Origin: an uncultured Akkermansia sp.
GTDB taxonomy: Bacteria > Verrucomicrobiota > Verrucomicrobiia > Limisphaerales > UBA9464
DNA length: 64,000 bases
Direction of reading: 5' to 3'
Assembly (NCBI GenBank): GCA_964430505.1
Contig: CAYSGH010000016.1
Location: 499-64,498 of the forward strand
Made by a program: the position numbers and the translations under genes. Within the stretch, counting starts at the first letter, position 1, and each line of letters starts with the position of its first letter. The notes beneath the pieces are model-generated. The model was not told the origin of the DNA, did no database searches, and was given only the letters and a program-made list of their open reading frames with translations. Of this stretch, positions 29,460 through 38,354 are shown one piece after another.

Positions 29460-31310
29460 ATGAGCGAAAGTCAATCCACCAAGGGACGGCCCAGTTCGAT
29501 GGCCCATTGGGCCTTCAAGCTCGGGCCCTTCGCCTTCTTCCTCACGAGGGGGATCTTCCTGGCAATCTTGGGCCTCGTGGCCGGCCTCCTTTTCATCACC
29601 CTTTCCTTGCTCAAGATCTGGCGGATTACGCCGGACGACTTCGTCCCCGTGATCCGGGTCAGCTGGCTCGACATGGTCCAGGCACGGATGCTGGCTGCGT
29701 CGGCACGGGAACACCTCGCGGCGGGCCGCCTCCGCGAGGCCGCCCACGCTTGGCGCGGGGCCGTGGCCAACCAACCGACCCTGCTGCCCGTCCTGAGGGA
29801 GTGGGTGCACGCGGCTGTGACGGCAGATGAACGCTTCCTCGAAGATGGAGGGGCTCCCCTGAACCAGGCGGTGATGCTCCTGCACCTCGGTGGCACGAAC
29901 CTGCTGGACCGGGAGCTGACCATGAGGCTCCTGTGGCGCATCAACCGTCCCAGCGACATGCTGCAACTGGGCTTGCCCGTCATGGAGGAATTGTCGCCCG
30001 TTGGCGCAGGACTCGTGGCGCAAGGGTTGTTCGACTTCGGCGACATGGAGGCCTTTGACCGGGTTTGGCGGCGCCACGAGACGGCCCTGGCGAAGGATCC
30101 AACCCTTGCTCTCTACCGGGCCGCATGGCAGGCCCACTGGGGCCCCCCCTCCGGCACAAGGACCGGGAGGGAGCAACTCGAGGCGGCGCGGCTGGAACCC
30201 AAGCGGCAGGTGCTGGCCATCGAACTGTCACGTCGCATCGCCGTCGCGAGGGCTGACCTCGACGAGCATGAGCGATGGATGGGTGCCCTGATCCAAGCCA
30301 AGGGCGCCTCCACGCAAGCCCATGCCGAGCGATGGCTGCTGCTCGCGAGCAATGGCCGTCGTGACGAGGCGCGTCGCCTCGCCAAGGCGACCGTGGCCTC
30401 CCTGGAGCTGCCAACGGCAGCGCAAGCCCGGCTCCTGGTGGAAACCCTCGCTCGCATCGACATGCCGCAGGAGGGCTTGGAGGTGCTCAAGCGGCGACCG
30501 CCCGCCCAAATGCGGGACACGTCCCTTTGGGTGCTGCATGGCAAGCTCCTGGAGGTGACGGCCCAATGGGATGACCTGTCGTCCCTCGGCATGAGCCTTC
30601 GGTCCATGCCGGGGGTTGGCGGCACCATGGACGAGCTGTCGTACTCGATGGAGGCGCTCGCCAAGTCCAAGCAGTTGCGTCCTGACATGGCTCAACTGGC
30701 CGCCAAGCGAGCCTCCGACGCGCAAGCGGGCGACACTGCGGCGGTGCTCCAGGCCTCGGCATGGCTGCTGGATGCGGGCATGGCCCGTGCCAGCATCGAC
30801 GTCCTAAAGAAGGCTGAGAACAACTTGAAGGGCTCCGTCCTCTACTGGGGACGCCGGATGATGGCCGCCAGCCAAGCGCCGGACGCCGACGAAATGCTCC
30901 GGTCGAGCGAGCAGGCCATGGCGCTCGCGCCCGGAAACCGCGCCGTCGCCAACAACTACGCCGCGACCCTGGTGCTTACCGGGCACAAGCCAGCGGAGGC
31001 CGTGAAGCTCACCTTCGAGAACCTGACACAGTTTCCCGGCAGCCCGGACTTCCAAATCAACCACGCCATCGCCTTGCTCTTGAACGACCGCATCGAGGAA
31101 GCCCAGAAGGTCCTGCTCGAAGTCCAGGCCGACCGGTTGACGGCCGTGCAGCGGGCCAACTTCCACCTGGCGTGGCTCGACGTCTCGGTGCGCTCCCGCA
31201 AGTGGTCCGAGGCCCGCGAACGCGGCCTCCTCATCGACCGGGCGCAGCTCATGCCGTTGCAACTCGCCAAGCTGGACATCCTCCAGAAGCAGGTGATCCG
31301 GGCGAACTAG
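29460..31310 (+). CDS. hypothetical membrane-anchored helical-repeat (TPR-like) protein
   Basis: ATG at 29460 (MSESQSTKGRPSS...). Two TM helices (LGPFAFFLTRGIFLAILGLVAGLLFITLSLL) are followed by ~550 aa of Ala/Leu-rich helical repeats. I do not recognise the family. Confidence 0.55.
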   Translation: MSESQSTKGRPSSMAHWAFKLGPFAFFLTRGIFLAILGLVAGLLFITLSLLKIWRITPDDFVPVIRVSWLDMVQARMLAASAREHLAAGRLREAAHAWRGAVANQPTLLPVLREWVHAAVTADERFLEDGGAPLNQAVMLLHLGGTNLLDRELTMRLLWRINRPSDMLQLGLPVMEELSPVGAGLVAQGLFDFGDMEAFDRVWRRHETALAKDPTLALYRAAWQAHWGPPSGTRTGREQLEAARLEPKRQVLAIELSRRIAVARADLDEHERWMGALIQAKGASTQAHAERWLLLASNGRRDEARRLAKATVASLELPTAAQARLLVETLARIDMPQEGLEVLKRRPPAQMRDTSLWVLHGKLLEVTAQWDDLSSLGMSLRSMPGVGGTMDELSYSMEALAKSKQLRPDMAQLAAKRASDAQAGDTAAVLQASAWLLDAGMARASIDVLKKAENNLKGSVLYWGRRMMAASQAPDADEMLRSSEQAMALAPGNRAVANNYAATLVLTGHKPAEAVKLTFENLTQFPGSPDFQINHAIALLLNDRIEEAQKVLLEVQADRLTAVQRANFHLAWLDVSVRSRKWSEARERGLLIDRAQLMPLQLAKLDILQKQVIRAN

Positions 31311-31385
31311 CCGGAAGCCAGGCCTCACGGATGCCCACGTCCCCAGCCTTGGCGACACGACCCCTCCGCGGGCATCCTCTCCTGC

Positions 31386-32207
31386 ATGATTCGATGCGCG
31401 GTGACGGTATGCCTCGTGCCCGAGGCTCGGGGCGGCCCGTTTGTTCTCCATGAAGGCCTCGCGGCATCCCTCCAGCAGGCCGCCCACTTCGGCTTCGATG
31501 GCGTCGAGATCTTCCCCGGACACGCCGACGAGCTTCACGGACGCGAGTTGCGCGACGGGCTCCGGTCCCACGGCCTCGCCATGGCCGCCATGGGCTCCGG
31601 CGCGGGGTGGCTGAGGCGCCGCTTGTCCCTGACCGACCCCGATCCCCACGTCCGAATGTGCGCCCGGGACTTCATCGGGGCCATCATCGACTTTGCAGGC
31701 GGGTTCGGCGTCCCCGCCATCATTGGATCCATGCAGGGACGGGTCCAGGACGGGGTGGACCGGGAGCAGGCGTTGGCGTGGCTGAAGGAGGAGCTCGACC
31801 AACTGGGGCCGCGCGCGCATGCGCTGGAGGTGCCCCTTCTCTACGAGCCCCTCAATCGGTACGAGACCAACCTGTTCAACACCGTGGACGAGGCACTGTC
31901 GTTCCTGCCTACGCTCCGCACGCGCAACGTCCGACTGTTGCTGGACCTTTTCCACATGAACATCGAGGAGGCCGACATTCCCGACGCGATCCGACGGGCA
32001 GGCTCGCTCATCGGACATGTTCACTTTGCCGACACCAACCGTCGTGCCATGGGGTTGGGGCATCTCGACATGGAACCCGTGGCGCGCGCATTGCGGGATG
32101 TGGGCTACGACGGGTGGCTGTCAGCGGAAGTACGTCCCGTGCCCGATGCGACCACCGCCATGCAGGCGACGATGTCGTCGTTCAGAAGGTGGTTCGTGGG
32201 CGTTTAG
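31386..32207 (+). CDS. sugar phosphate isomerase/epimerase (xylose isomerase-like TIM barrel)
   Basis: 273 aa. GFDGVEIF, LLYEPLNRYETNL, LLLDLFHMNIEE, GHVHFADTNR, GYDGWLSAEV are the typical metal-ligand blocks of the AP_endonuc_2 fold. Confidence 0.8.
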   Translation: MIRCAVTVCLVPEARGGPFVLHEGLAASLQQAAHFGFDGVEIFPGHADELHGRELRDGLRSHGLAMAAMGSGAGWLRRRLSLTDPDPHVRMCARDFIGAIIDFAGGFGVPAIIGSMQGRVQDGVDREQALAWLKEELDQLGPRAHALEVPLLYEPLNRYETNLFNTVDEALSFLPTLRTRNVRLLLDLFHMNIEEADIPDAIRRAGSLIGHVHFADTNRRAMGLGHLDMEPVARALRDVGYDGWLSAEVRPVPDATTAMQATMSSFRRWFVGV

Positions 32208-32387
32208 GAAAGCCTCCCGTCGAGCCACCTTGCTGGCCGTTGGCATCTACGCCCCGTCCCGCGTGCGCCACCGCCATCCCGGAAGAACCCGCACGCCGAG
32301 CCGCACGCCAGCTCGCCGACTCGCCGACACTCGACGGAAAAACCAGTTGCATGGCTTCAGGATGGCCGGGAATGTCAGCATGTTGTC

Positions 32388-32464
32388 CGGGACGTAGCTT
32401 AGCTTGGTAGAGCGCCTGGTTTGGGACCAGGAGGTCGCAGGTTCAAATCCTGTCGTCCCGACCA
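32388..32464 (+). tRNA. tRNA-Pro (anticodon TGG), CCA encoded
   Basis: Folded by hand. Acceptor stem CGGGACG/CGTCCCG. D arm GCTT-AGCTTGGTA-GAGC. Anticodon stem CCTGG/CCAGG with loop TTTGGGA (TGG at 32422..32424). T arm GCAGG-TTCAAAT-CCTGT. Discriminator A followed by CCA. Confidence 0.95.
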
Positions 32465-32764
32465 CCCCGGCCCGCCACCACCTCCCCGATTTCACACGTC
32501 CGCGATGGCGTTGGCAGCGGGCTGTGGACGGCCGCATCCACAGGGACGCTCACCCGGCCTGCGGGGGGCGAAGTGGGTTTCAGCACGTGGGCAGGGCCTC
32601 CCCCAACATCGCTCAACGGGACATCGGGATCCATGCAAGGGCTCACACCGCAGAGGAGGGTGTGGCGGTCTGCAGTGGGCTGCATGCAGGGTGCCCGGAT
32701 GCAGCGCGGCGCTGGTGGACGCCGCGTGAGGCCACGCGGCCGACCGCCAGCCAAACCGTGGATT

Positions 32765-33607
32765 TCAGGCTCGCTGCCCCTCGGCACCCCCGCACGCTCG
32801 CATCGCGAGCTGTACGGCATGGGCCGCCGCGGCGAATCCAAACGTCCCCGTAACGAACGTCGCGGAGCCGAAGCCGGAGTCGCAGTTCAGACGCATCGAT
32901 TCACCGCCGCCAGCCTCGGGGCGGGCCGTGCAAACCTCGCCCGTGACACTCGGGAACACGGGTGGTTCCGCCGAGCAAACGCACGGGATGCCCAGCTCCC
33001 GGCCGTCGCGAGGAAAGCCATGGTCGCGCCGGAGTCGTCCGCGCAGGCTGGCCAATAGACGATCATGCGTGACACGACCAAGGTCCCGGATTCGGACGGC
33101 GGTGGGGTCGCGTCGGCCGCCGGCGCCCCCGCACACGACGATGGGGATGCCCGCCACATGGCAAGCCGCGACCATGCGGGCCTTGTTGGCCACCGAATCA
33201 ATGGCGTCGAGGACGACGTCGGGCCGAGCCCCGTGATGCGCAGGGTCCGTGCCGAGGAGACGAGGCAACGAGGACTCCGTGACAAACTCGATGCGGGCCT
33301 CGACGGAAATGCCGGGCTGGATGTCCCGCAGGCGACCGGCCATGACGTCGGCCTTGGCGAGGCCCACGGTGGACTGGAGGGCGTGAATCTGGCGGTTGAC
33401 GTTGGAGATGCACACCTCGTCGAGGTCCACCAGGGTGATGCGCCCCACGCCGGTGCGGGTCAGGGCCTCGGCAGCCCAGGATCCAACGCCTCCGATCCCA
33501 GCCACAAGGACGTGGGCTGCACGCAGTCGTGCGAGCGCGGCGCGACCGTAAAGGCGGGCAACGCCTCCAAAGCGAAAGCCGAAGTCGTCGGGGTTGGGAA
33601 CGTCCAC
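32765..33607 (-). CDS. tcdA: tRNA threonylcarbamoyladenosine dehydratase (ThiF/E1-like)
   Basis: GTG start. FRFGGVARLYG, VLVAGIGGVGSWAAEALTRTGVGRITLVDLDEVCISNVNRQ. 280 aa. Confidence 0.85.
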   Translation of the reverse strand: MDVPNPDDFGFRFGGVARLYGRAALARLRAAHVLVAGIGGVGSWAAEALTRTGVGRITLVDLDEVCISNVNRQIHALQSTVGLAKADVMAGRLRDIQPGISVEARIEFVTESSLPRLLGTDPAHHGARPDVVLDAIDSVANKARMVAACHVAGIPIVVCGGAGGRRDPTAVRIRDLGRVTHDRLLASLRGRLRRDHGFPRDGRELGIPCVCSAEPPVFPSVTGEVCTARPEAGGGESMRLNCDSGFGSATFVTGTFGFAAAAHAVQLAMRACGGAEGQRA

Positions 33608-33645
33608 GCTACGGGCTGTGGTGAGGGCTCTGGAATCCGCGCGGG

Positions 33646-34200
33646 TCAGTCAAGACGCCGAGGCGGAGGCAGATCCCGGATCCATGCGCGGATCGGGATG
33701 AGGTCGTTGTCCTCCATGGCCATCCTGCGCGTGGATCCGAGGGGGGCCTTGGCCTGGCGTGCCTCGCGATCCTCCGCCAAGGCAAACCAGGCCTTGGCGC
33801 GGCGCGTGTCCTCCAGTTGACAGGCGTAGCAGGCCAAGTTGTACGGGATGATGATGCAGTCGGGAAACGGGTCGAGGGCGGGCAACAATTGCCTGAGTGC
33901 GAGCTCCAGACCGCCGCCGGCCATGCGGCGGGCGGCGTACGCCCGGTGAACCCAGCCCGCCTCGAACTGCGGATGGTGTTGGACGAACATCTCGCCCAAG
34001 TGATGCGCCGCCGTCCAGTCGCCGATGGAGGCCGCGATGGCGCTCTGGACATCAAGGGTGGCGAGGTGGAACCGGGCGGCTTCGGTGACGGACCCGGCCT
34101 CCCGTCGGGCCTCCTCTGGGAGCCCCAGTTCCAACCACCCGTGGGCTGCCCGGAGCCGGAGAAGGTCTCCGGGCGCGAGTTCGTCGGGCGCTGGAGCCAT
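33646..34200 (-). CDS. hypothetical TPR-like protein
   Basis: ORF 33646..34206 opens at a TTG. The first ATG is at 34200 (MAPAPDELAPGDLLRLRAAHGWLELGLPEEA...). Helical-repeat composition and strong third-position GC. Family not recognised. Confidence 0.5.
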   Translation of the reverse strand: MAPAPDELAPGDLLRLRAAHGWLELGLPEEARREAGSVTEAARFHLATLDVQSAIAASIGDWTAAHHLGEMFVQHHPQFEAGWVHRAYAARRMAGGGLELALRQLLPALDPFPDCIIIPYNLACYACQLEDTRRAKAWFALAEDREARQAKAPLGSTRRMAMEDNDLIPIRAWIRDLPPPRRLD

Positions 34201-34209
34201 GGACAAAGG

Positions 34210-34752
34210 CTACTTTGCGGCGAGGGCTTCCTCAATGGCCTTGGCGACCTCCGAGGAGGTGGGCTCCGTGCCGGAATCCCACCGCTTGAGGAGCTTGCCA
34301 TCCTTGCCGACGAGGAACTTGCCGAAGTTCCACTTCACGTCACCGGGGAACGGGGAATCCTTGCCGGTCAGGGCGACGTACAAGGGGTGTTGGCCGGCGC
34401 CCTTGACGACGATCTTCTCCATGAGGGGGAAGGTCACGGAGTAGTTGGAGGAGCAGAACTCCTTGATCTCGGCGGGCGTGCCGGGTTCCTGGCGGCCGAA
34501 GTCGTTGCAAGGGAACCCGACGACGGAGAAACCCTGACCCTTGTACTTCTGGTGGACGGACTCGAGGCCCTTGTATTGGGGGGTGTAACCGCAGCGGGAG
34601 GCGACGTTGACGAGGAGAAGCACCTTTCCTTGGTAGGCCTTGAGGGAGGTGTCCTTGCCGTCGATGTCCTTGAGCGGGATGTCCTGGATGGGGGCGGCGT
34701 GCATGGCGAGGGCGGTGAGGATGGAGGTGAGGAACGCGAGGAACGGTTTCAT
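34210..34752 (-). CDS. glutathione peroxidase (Cys-type), with signal peptide
   Basis: ATG at 34752 (MKPFLAFLTSILTALAMHA...). LLLVNVASRCGYTPQY, FPCNDFGRQEPG, WNFGKFLV. Confidence 0.9.
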   Translation of the reverse strand: MKPFLAFLTSILTALAMHAAPIQDIPLKDIDGKDTSLKAYQGKVLLLVNVASRCGYTPQYKGLESVHQKYKGQGFSVVGFPCNDFGRQEPGTPAEIKEFCSSNYSVTFPLMEKIVVKGAGQHPLYVALTGKDSPFPGDVKWNFGKFLVGKDGKLLKRWDSGTEPTSSEVAKAIEEALAAK

Positions 34753-34822
34753 GATGGAGGACGGTGCTGCGGCTTTGGCGGGTGTCAAACGACGCGAGAC
34801 CAAGGGCGGGAAAAGGCGCGGC

Positions 34823-35701
34823 CTACTTGGAGGGTGCATCCTTGAGGACAACGCGCATGCCCTCCTTTTCAAGCTCGGCGACGAGCTTCTTGGATCTGGA
34901 CGAGAGTCGGTTTCCCTGGAGGTAGAGGCGGAGGAAGGGCGCCCAGTTCTTGGGGCCCTTGGCATCCGCCATGGCGGCCGCGTGGAGGGCGGACAGGTCG
35001 TCGATCTTGTTGTCCGCCGCCATGACGAGGCTGGGGGCGCGCAGGGAGGCGATGGGGGAGATGTCCCGAAGTTGGTTGCGCGAGACGGAGACGGTGGTCA
35101 GGCCCCGTAGGTTTCCGAGGCCGGCGATGGACTTCAGTTGGTTGCCATCGGCGTAAAAGGTCACGACGCGGGGAAGGTTGGTGAGCGGGGCGATGGACTT
35201 GAGCTTGTTCCGCGAGAGGTAGATGGACGCGAGGTTGGTGCAGGAGGCGAGGGGCGCGGGGTCGGAGACCTGGTTGGACTCGAGCTGGATGTACTGGAGG
35301 GAGGGCAGCGTGCCCAGCGGGGCGATGGAGGCGATGCGGTTGGAGGCCAGGTGGACGAACTGAAGCTGGCGAAGGCCTTGGATGGGGGCGAGGTCGGCGA
35401 TGGCGTTGCCCGCGAGCTCCAGGGAGGCGAGCGCCTTGCAATGCTCCAGGCCGGCAAGGTTGGTGATGCCCCGGAAGTTGCCCTGGACGACGGCGACGTT
35501 GGCCACGTCGGCGGCGGTAAGGGGCTTGTCCGTGTCCCGCTTGGCAAAAACCTGCTGCCGGACGGCGGCCTCGAGCTTCTTGTCGGGAAACACCGAGACC
35601 TCCATCGGGGCATTGGTGGCGTCCGCCGCCACGCAGGTGGCGACGGCGGTGGACAGTGCGAGGGCGAACGCGGACAGGCGGGTGCTCATGCTCATGCTCA
35701 T
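34823..35701 (-). CDS. secreted leucine-rich repeat protein (internalin-like 22-residue LRRs)
   Basis: Signal peptide MSMSMSTRLSAFALALSTAVATCVA. About 8 repeats of the form L..L..L.L..N.I.D(I/L).PL. Confidence 0.8.
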   Translation of the reverse strand: MSMSMSTRLSAFALALSTAVATCVAADATNAPMEVSVFPDKKLEAAVRQQVFAKRDTDKPLTAADVANVAVVQGNFRGITNLAGLEHCKALASLELAGNAIADLAPIQGLRQLQFVHLASNRIASIAPLGTLPSLQYIQLESNQVSDPAPLASCTNLASIYLSRNKLKSIAPLTNLPRVVTFYADGNQLKSIAGLGNLRGLTTVSVSRNQLRDISPIASLRAPSLVMAADNKIDDLSALHAAAMADAKGPKNWAPFLRLYLQGNRLSSRSKKLVAELEKEGMRVVLKDAPSK

Positions 35702-35930
35702 GGATGCGATAGGTTCCCTTGGATGGGGTTTGGGGTGTCAAGATTCAACGCACCCCAAATCCGGGTTGACCCAGCCAAGGCCCCCATGGTTCCATCCCCG
35801 CGTCCGAGTTCAGCATGCGGTGTCGGCGTCACGGTGACGGTTTGCAGAGGTCGATTCAGTTCGCGCCCCTCAATCTGAGTTCTGCCCAGGGGCAGATTCC
35901 CACGCGGTGTTTGAAGCGGTCGCAGTCGTT

Positions 35931-36371
35931 ATGGAAAATCAGAACCGTCTGTTCGTGGGCAATCTCTCCTACCAGACGATGGAACGGGACATCCAAGATC
36001 ACTTCGCTGGCGCGGGTGTCGTCCTCAACGTGAACCTCATGCTCGACAAGTTCACGGGCCGCTCCCGCGGCTTCGCCTTCGTCGAGTTCGCCACCCCCGA
36101 GGAGGCGCAGCGGGCCGTGGAAATGTTCCATGGCAAGGACCTCGGCGGACGCGCGCTCACCGTGAACATCGCCCGTCCCCGCGAGGAACGTGCACCGCGC
36201 GAGGGCGGCTTCGGCGGTGGTGGCGGTGGTGGCGGCTTCCGCGGCGGCGGGGGGGGGGGTGGCTTCCGCGGCGGCGGCGGTGGTGGCCGTGATCGCGGTG
36301 GTGGTGGCGGCGGCGGTGGCGGCGGCTGGCGCGGGGACCGCGACCGAGGCCCTCGTCGCGACCGTTACTAG
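35931..36371 (+). CDS. RRM-type RNA-binding protein with a Gly/Arg-rich (RGG) tail
   Basis: ATG at 35931. RNP2 LFVGNL and RNP1 RGFAFVEF. The tail reads EGGFGGGGGGGGFRGGGGGGGFRGGGGGGRDRGGGGGGGGGGWRGDRDRGPRRDRY. Confidence 0.85.
   Translation: MENQNRLFVGNLSYQTMERDIQDHFAGAGVVLNVNLMLDKFTGRSRGFAFVEFATPEEAQRAVEMFHGKDLGGRALTVNIARPREERAPREGGFGGGGGGGGFRGGGGGGGFRGGGGGGRDRGGGGGGGGGGWRGDRDRGPRRDRY
36201..36368 (+). repeat. GGN-codon low-complexity tract containing a G11 homopolymer (36249..36259)
   Basis: Read directly: ggc/ggt/ggg codon runs punctuated by ttc-cgc (FR). There are eleven consecutive G at 36249..36259. Confidence 0.85.
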
Positions 36372-36419
36372 GAACGCATGATGCTTGCCCCGACCGGGGC
36401 AGGACTTGGCACGAATGAC

Positions 36420-36452
36420 GCCGCCGGGCCTGTCCCGGCGGCGTTCTTGTTT
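36420..36452 (+). terminator. rho-independent terminator of the RRM gene
   Basis: Perfect 9-bp GC stem GCCGCCGGG / CCCGGCGGC with loop CCTGT, followed by GTTCTTGTTTCC. It lies 49 nt after the stop. A weaker hairpin sits at 36386..36401. Confidence 0.6.
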
Positions 36453-36481
36453 CCACGGAAGGTTTTTGCGCACGCTGACGC

Positions 36482-37906
36482 ATGGCCAGCATCCATCCCC
36501 GCGACTGCCGCGTGACGGGCGTGTCGTTGTGGTTCCTTCCGGTGACGACACGCGTGCCCCTCAAGTTTGGCACGGAGGCATTGACCTCGGTGACATGCGC
36601 GCGGGTTCGCATGGAGGTGACGGGGCGGGACGGACGCATGGCCCATGGTTGGGGCGAAACCCCCTTGAGCGTGCAATGGGTGTGGCCGTCGCAGGAACCG
36701 TACGCTCCACGCCACGAGGCCCTCATGCTGTTCACCCGACTGCTCGCCCGCGCATGGACGGGCTCGATGGACTGGGGACATCCCGTCGAGCTGGGCCATG
36801 ACTTCGTCCGCGACTGGCTCCCGCGTTTGCTGGAGGACTTCAATGCCAGCGGCCTCGCGACGGGAGCTGGGACCAAGGCCGGTGTCATGCCATGGTTGGC
36901 GGCGCTGGTCTCATGCTCGGCCTTCGACATCGCCCTGCATGACGCCTACGGACGGCTTCATGGCGTCCCCACCTTCGGCACGTATTCCCAAGCATGGATG
37001 ACGCGTGGCTTGGGAGACCTGCTGGAGGCCGAGCCCGGGACTGGACGAGGGCACCAGGGCCGTGAGATCGCGGACTTTCTGCGTCCACAACGACTGGACA
37101 CCCTGCGCGCGTGGCACCTCGTGGGCGGATTGGACCCCGTTCATCCGACCGATCTCCGGGGCGACGAGCCGGACGATGGGCATCCGGTGCTGCTGTCGGA
37201 CTGGATCCGAAGGGACGGGTTGAAGTGCCTGAAGGTGAAGCTCCGTGGGACGGACGCCGCATGGGACAAGGCGCGCTTGGCCTCCGTGGACGCCGTGGCA
37301 CGAGAGCATGGAGTGGAATGGCTGACGGCCGACTTCAACTGCACGGTGCACGACCCGGCCTACGTCACCGACATCCTCGACTGGCTCCTGTTGGACCATC
37401 CCGTGACGTTCGGGCGTTTGCTGTACGTCGAGCAGCCGTTCCCGTACGAGCTGGCCGAGCATCCCATCGACGTGCGGGCGGTGTCGGCGCGCAAGCCCTT
37501 GTTCCTGGACGAGAGCGCGCATGACTGGCGCGAGGTTCGCCGGGGACGCGGGCTCGGGTGGACGGGCGTGGCCTTGAAGACCTGCAAGACGCTGACTGGG
37601 GCCTTGCTCTCGGCCTGCTGGGCGCAGGCACACGGCATGACCCTGATGGTCCAGGACCTGACGAACCCCATGCTGGCCCAGGTAACCCACGCGCTCCTTG
37701 CAGCGCACGTCCCCACCATCATGGGAGTTGAGACCAATTCCATGCAGTTTTACCCGGACGCCAGCCTGCTCGAGGCGCGCGTGCACCCGGGGTTGTACCG
37801 GCGCACAGGAGGATGCATCCGGCTCGATACCGTCCAAGGCGCGGGCCTAGGACACCGCGTCGAGGAGGTGGGCCGGGTGTTGCCCCCGCCGGTGTTTGAG
37901 GGTTAA
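36482..37906 (+). CDS. enolase-superfamily (mandelate racemase/muconate lactonizing enzyme-like) protein
   Basis: 474 aa. Barrel-domain ligand blocks: LKVKLRG, TADFNCTV, LYVEQPFP, LFLDESAHD, ALKTCKTLTG. The substrate cannot be inferred. Confidence 0.7.
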   Translation: MASIHPRDCRVTGVSLWFLPVTTRVPLKFGTEALTSVTCARVRMEVTGRDGRMAHGWGETPLSVQWVWPSQEPYAPRHEALMLFTRLLARAWTGSMDWGHPVELGHDFVRDWLPRLLEDFNASGLATGAGTKAGVMPWLAALVSCSAFDIALHDAYGRLHGVPTFGTYSQAWMTRGLGDLLEAEPGTGRGHQGREIADFLRPQRLDTLRAWHLVGGLDPVHPTDLRGDEPDDGHPVLLSDWIRRDGLKCLKVKLRGTDAAWDKARLASVDAVAREHGVEWLTADFNCTVHDPAYVTDILDWLLLDHPVTFGRLLYVEQPFPYELAEHPIDVRAVSARKPLFLDESAHDWREVRRGRGLGWTGVALKTCKTLTGALLSACWAQAHGMTLMVQDLTNPMLAQVTHALLAAHVPTIMGVETNSMQFYPDASLLEARVHPGLYRRTGGCIRLDTVQGAGLGHRVEEVGRVLPPPVFEG

Positions 37907-38354
37907 GGCGCTGGCCCGCCGGGCCAAGGCCCGCTGCAAGGCCGTGGACCGCCTCACGCCGCTGTCCAACCAGATCCAGGGCACGTTGCGCGACGAGTTT
38001 CCCTTGTCCCTGGAGCGGACCGGCGAGGTCATTGTTCAACGACCATTCTTTCTCCCCACCCCGTTGCCTCAATCAGAAAGGCCACCCGTCAAAACTGACG
38101 GACGGTCTGGGCATTTCGCCTCGACGGCCAAGGGCAGCCCTTCCAACGCCGGGGGAGTCGCAGCGGAGGCAAGCGTAGCGAGCCGGCGCGGAGACTCCCC
38201 CGGGAGCGGGATGCGTCGGGGTTGAAATCGGCGCGACATGGATGACTCCGGTCGCTCCCGGCAGCCCCAATGTCCGGACATCGTGGAGCGCCACCGGCGA
38301 TTTCGTGAGACACGACACTCGTCGGACCGAATCCGTCGGATCGGTGGACCGAGG

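Noticed and set aside
32388-32765. tRNA-Pro as a possible genomic-island integration site
   Set aside because: There is no integrase, no direct repeat of the tRNA 3' end, and no compositional shift in the 300 nt downstream. The next gene is the housekeeping tcdA.
32404-32853. 149-aa ORF beginning inside the tRNA gene
   Set aside because: It overlaps the tRNA-Pro sequence itself and continues into non-coding-like sequence. It is an artefact.
36407-36421. Second sigma-54-like string TGGCACGaatgACGC upstream of the enolase-like gene
   Set aside because: The -12 element is ACGC rather than TTGC. The site overlaps the stem of the RRM gene terminator. It is most likely a chance match.
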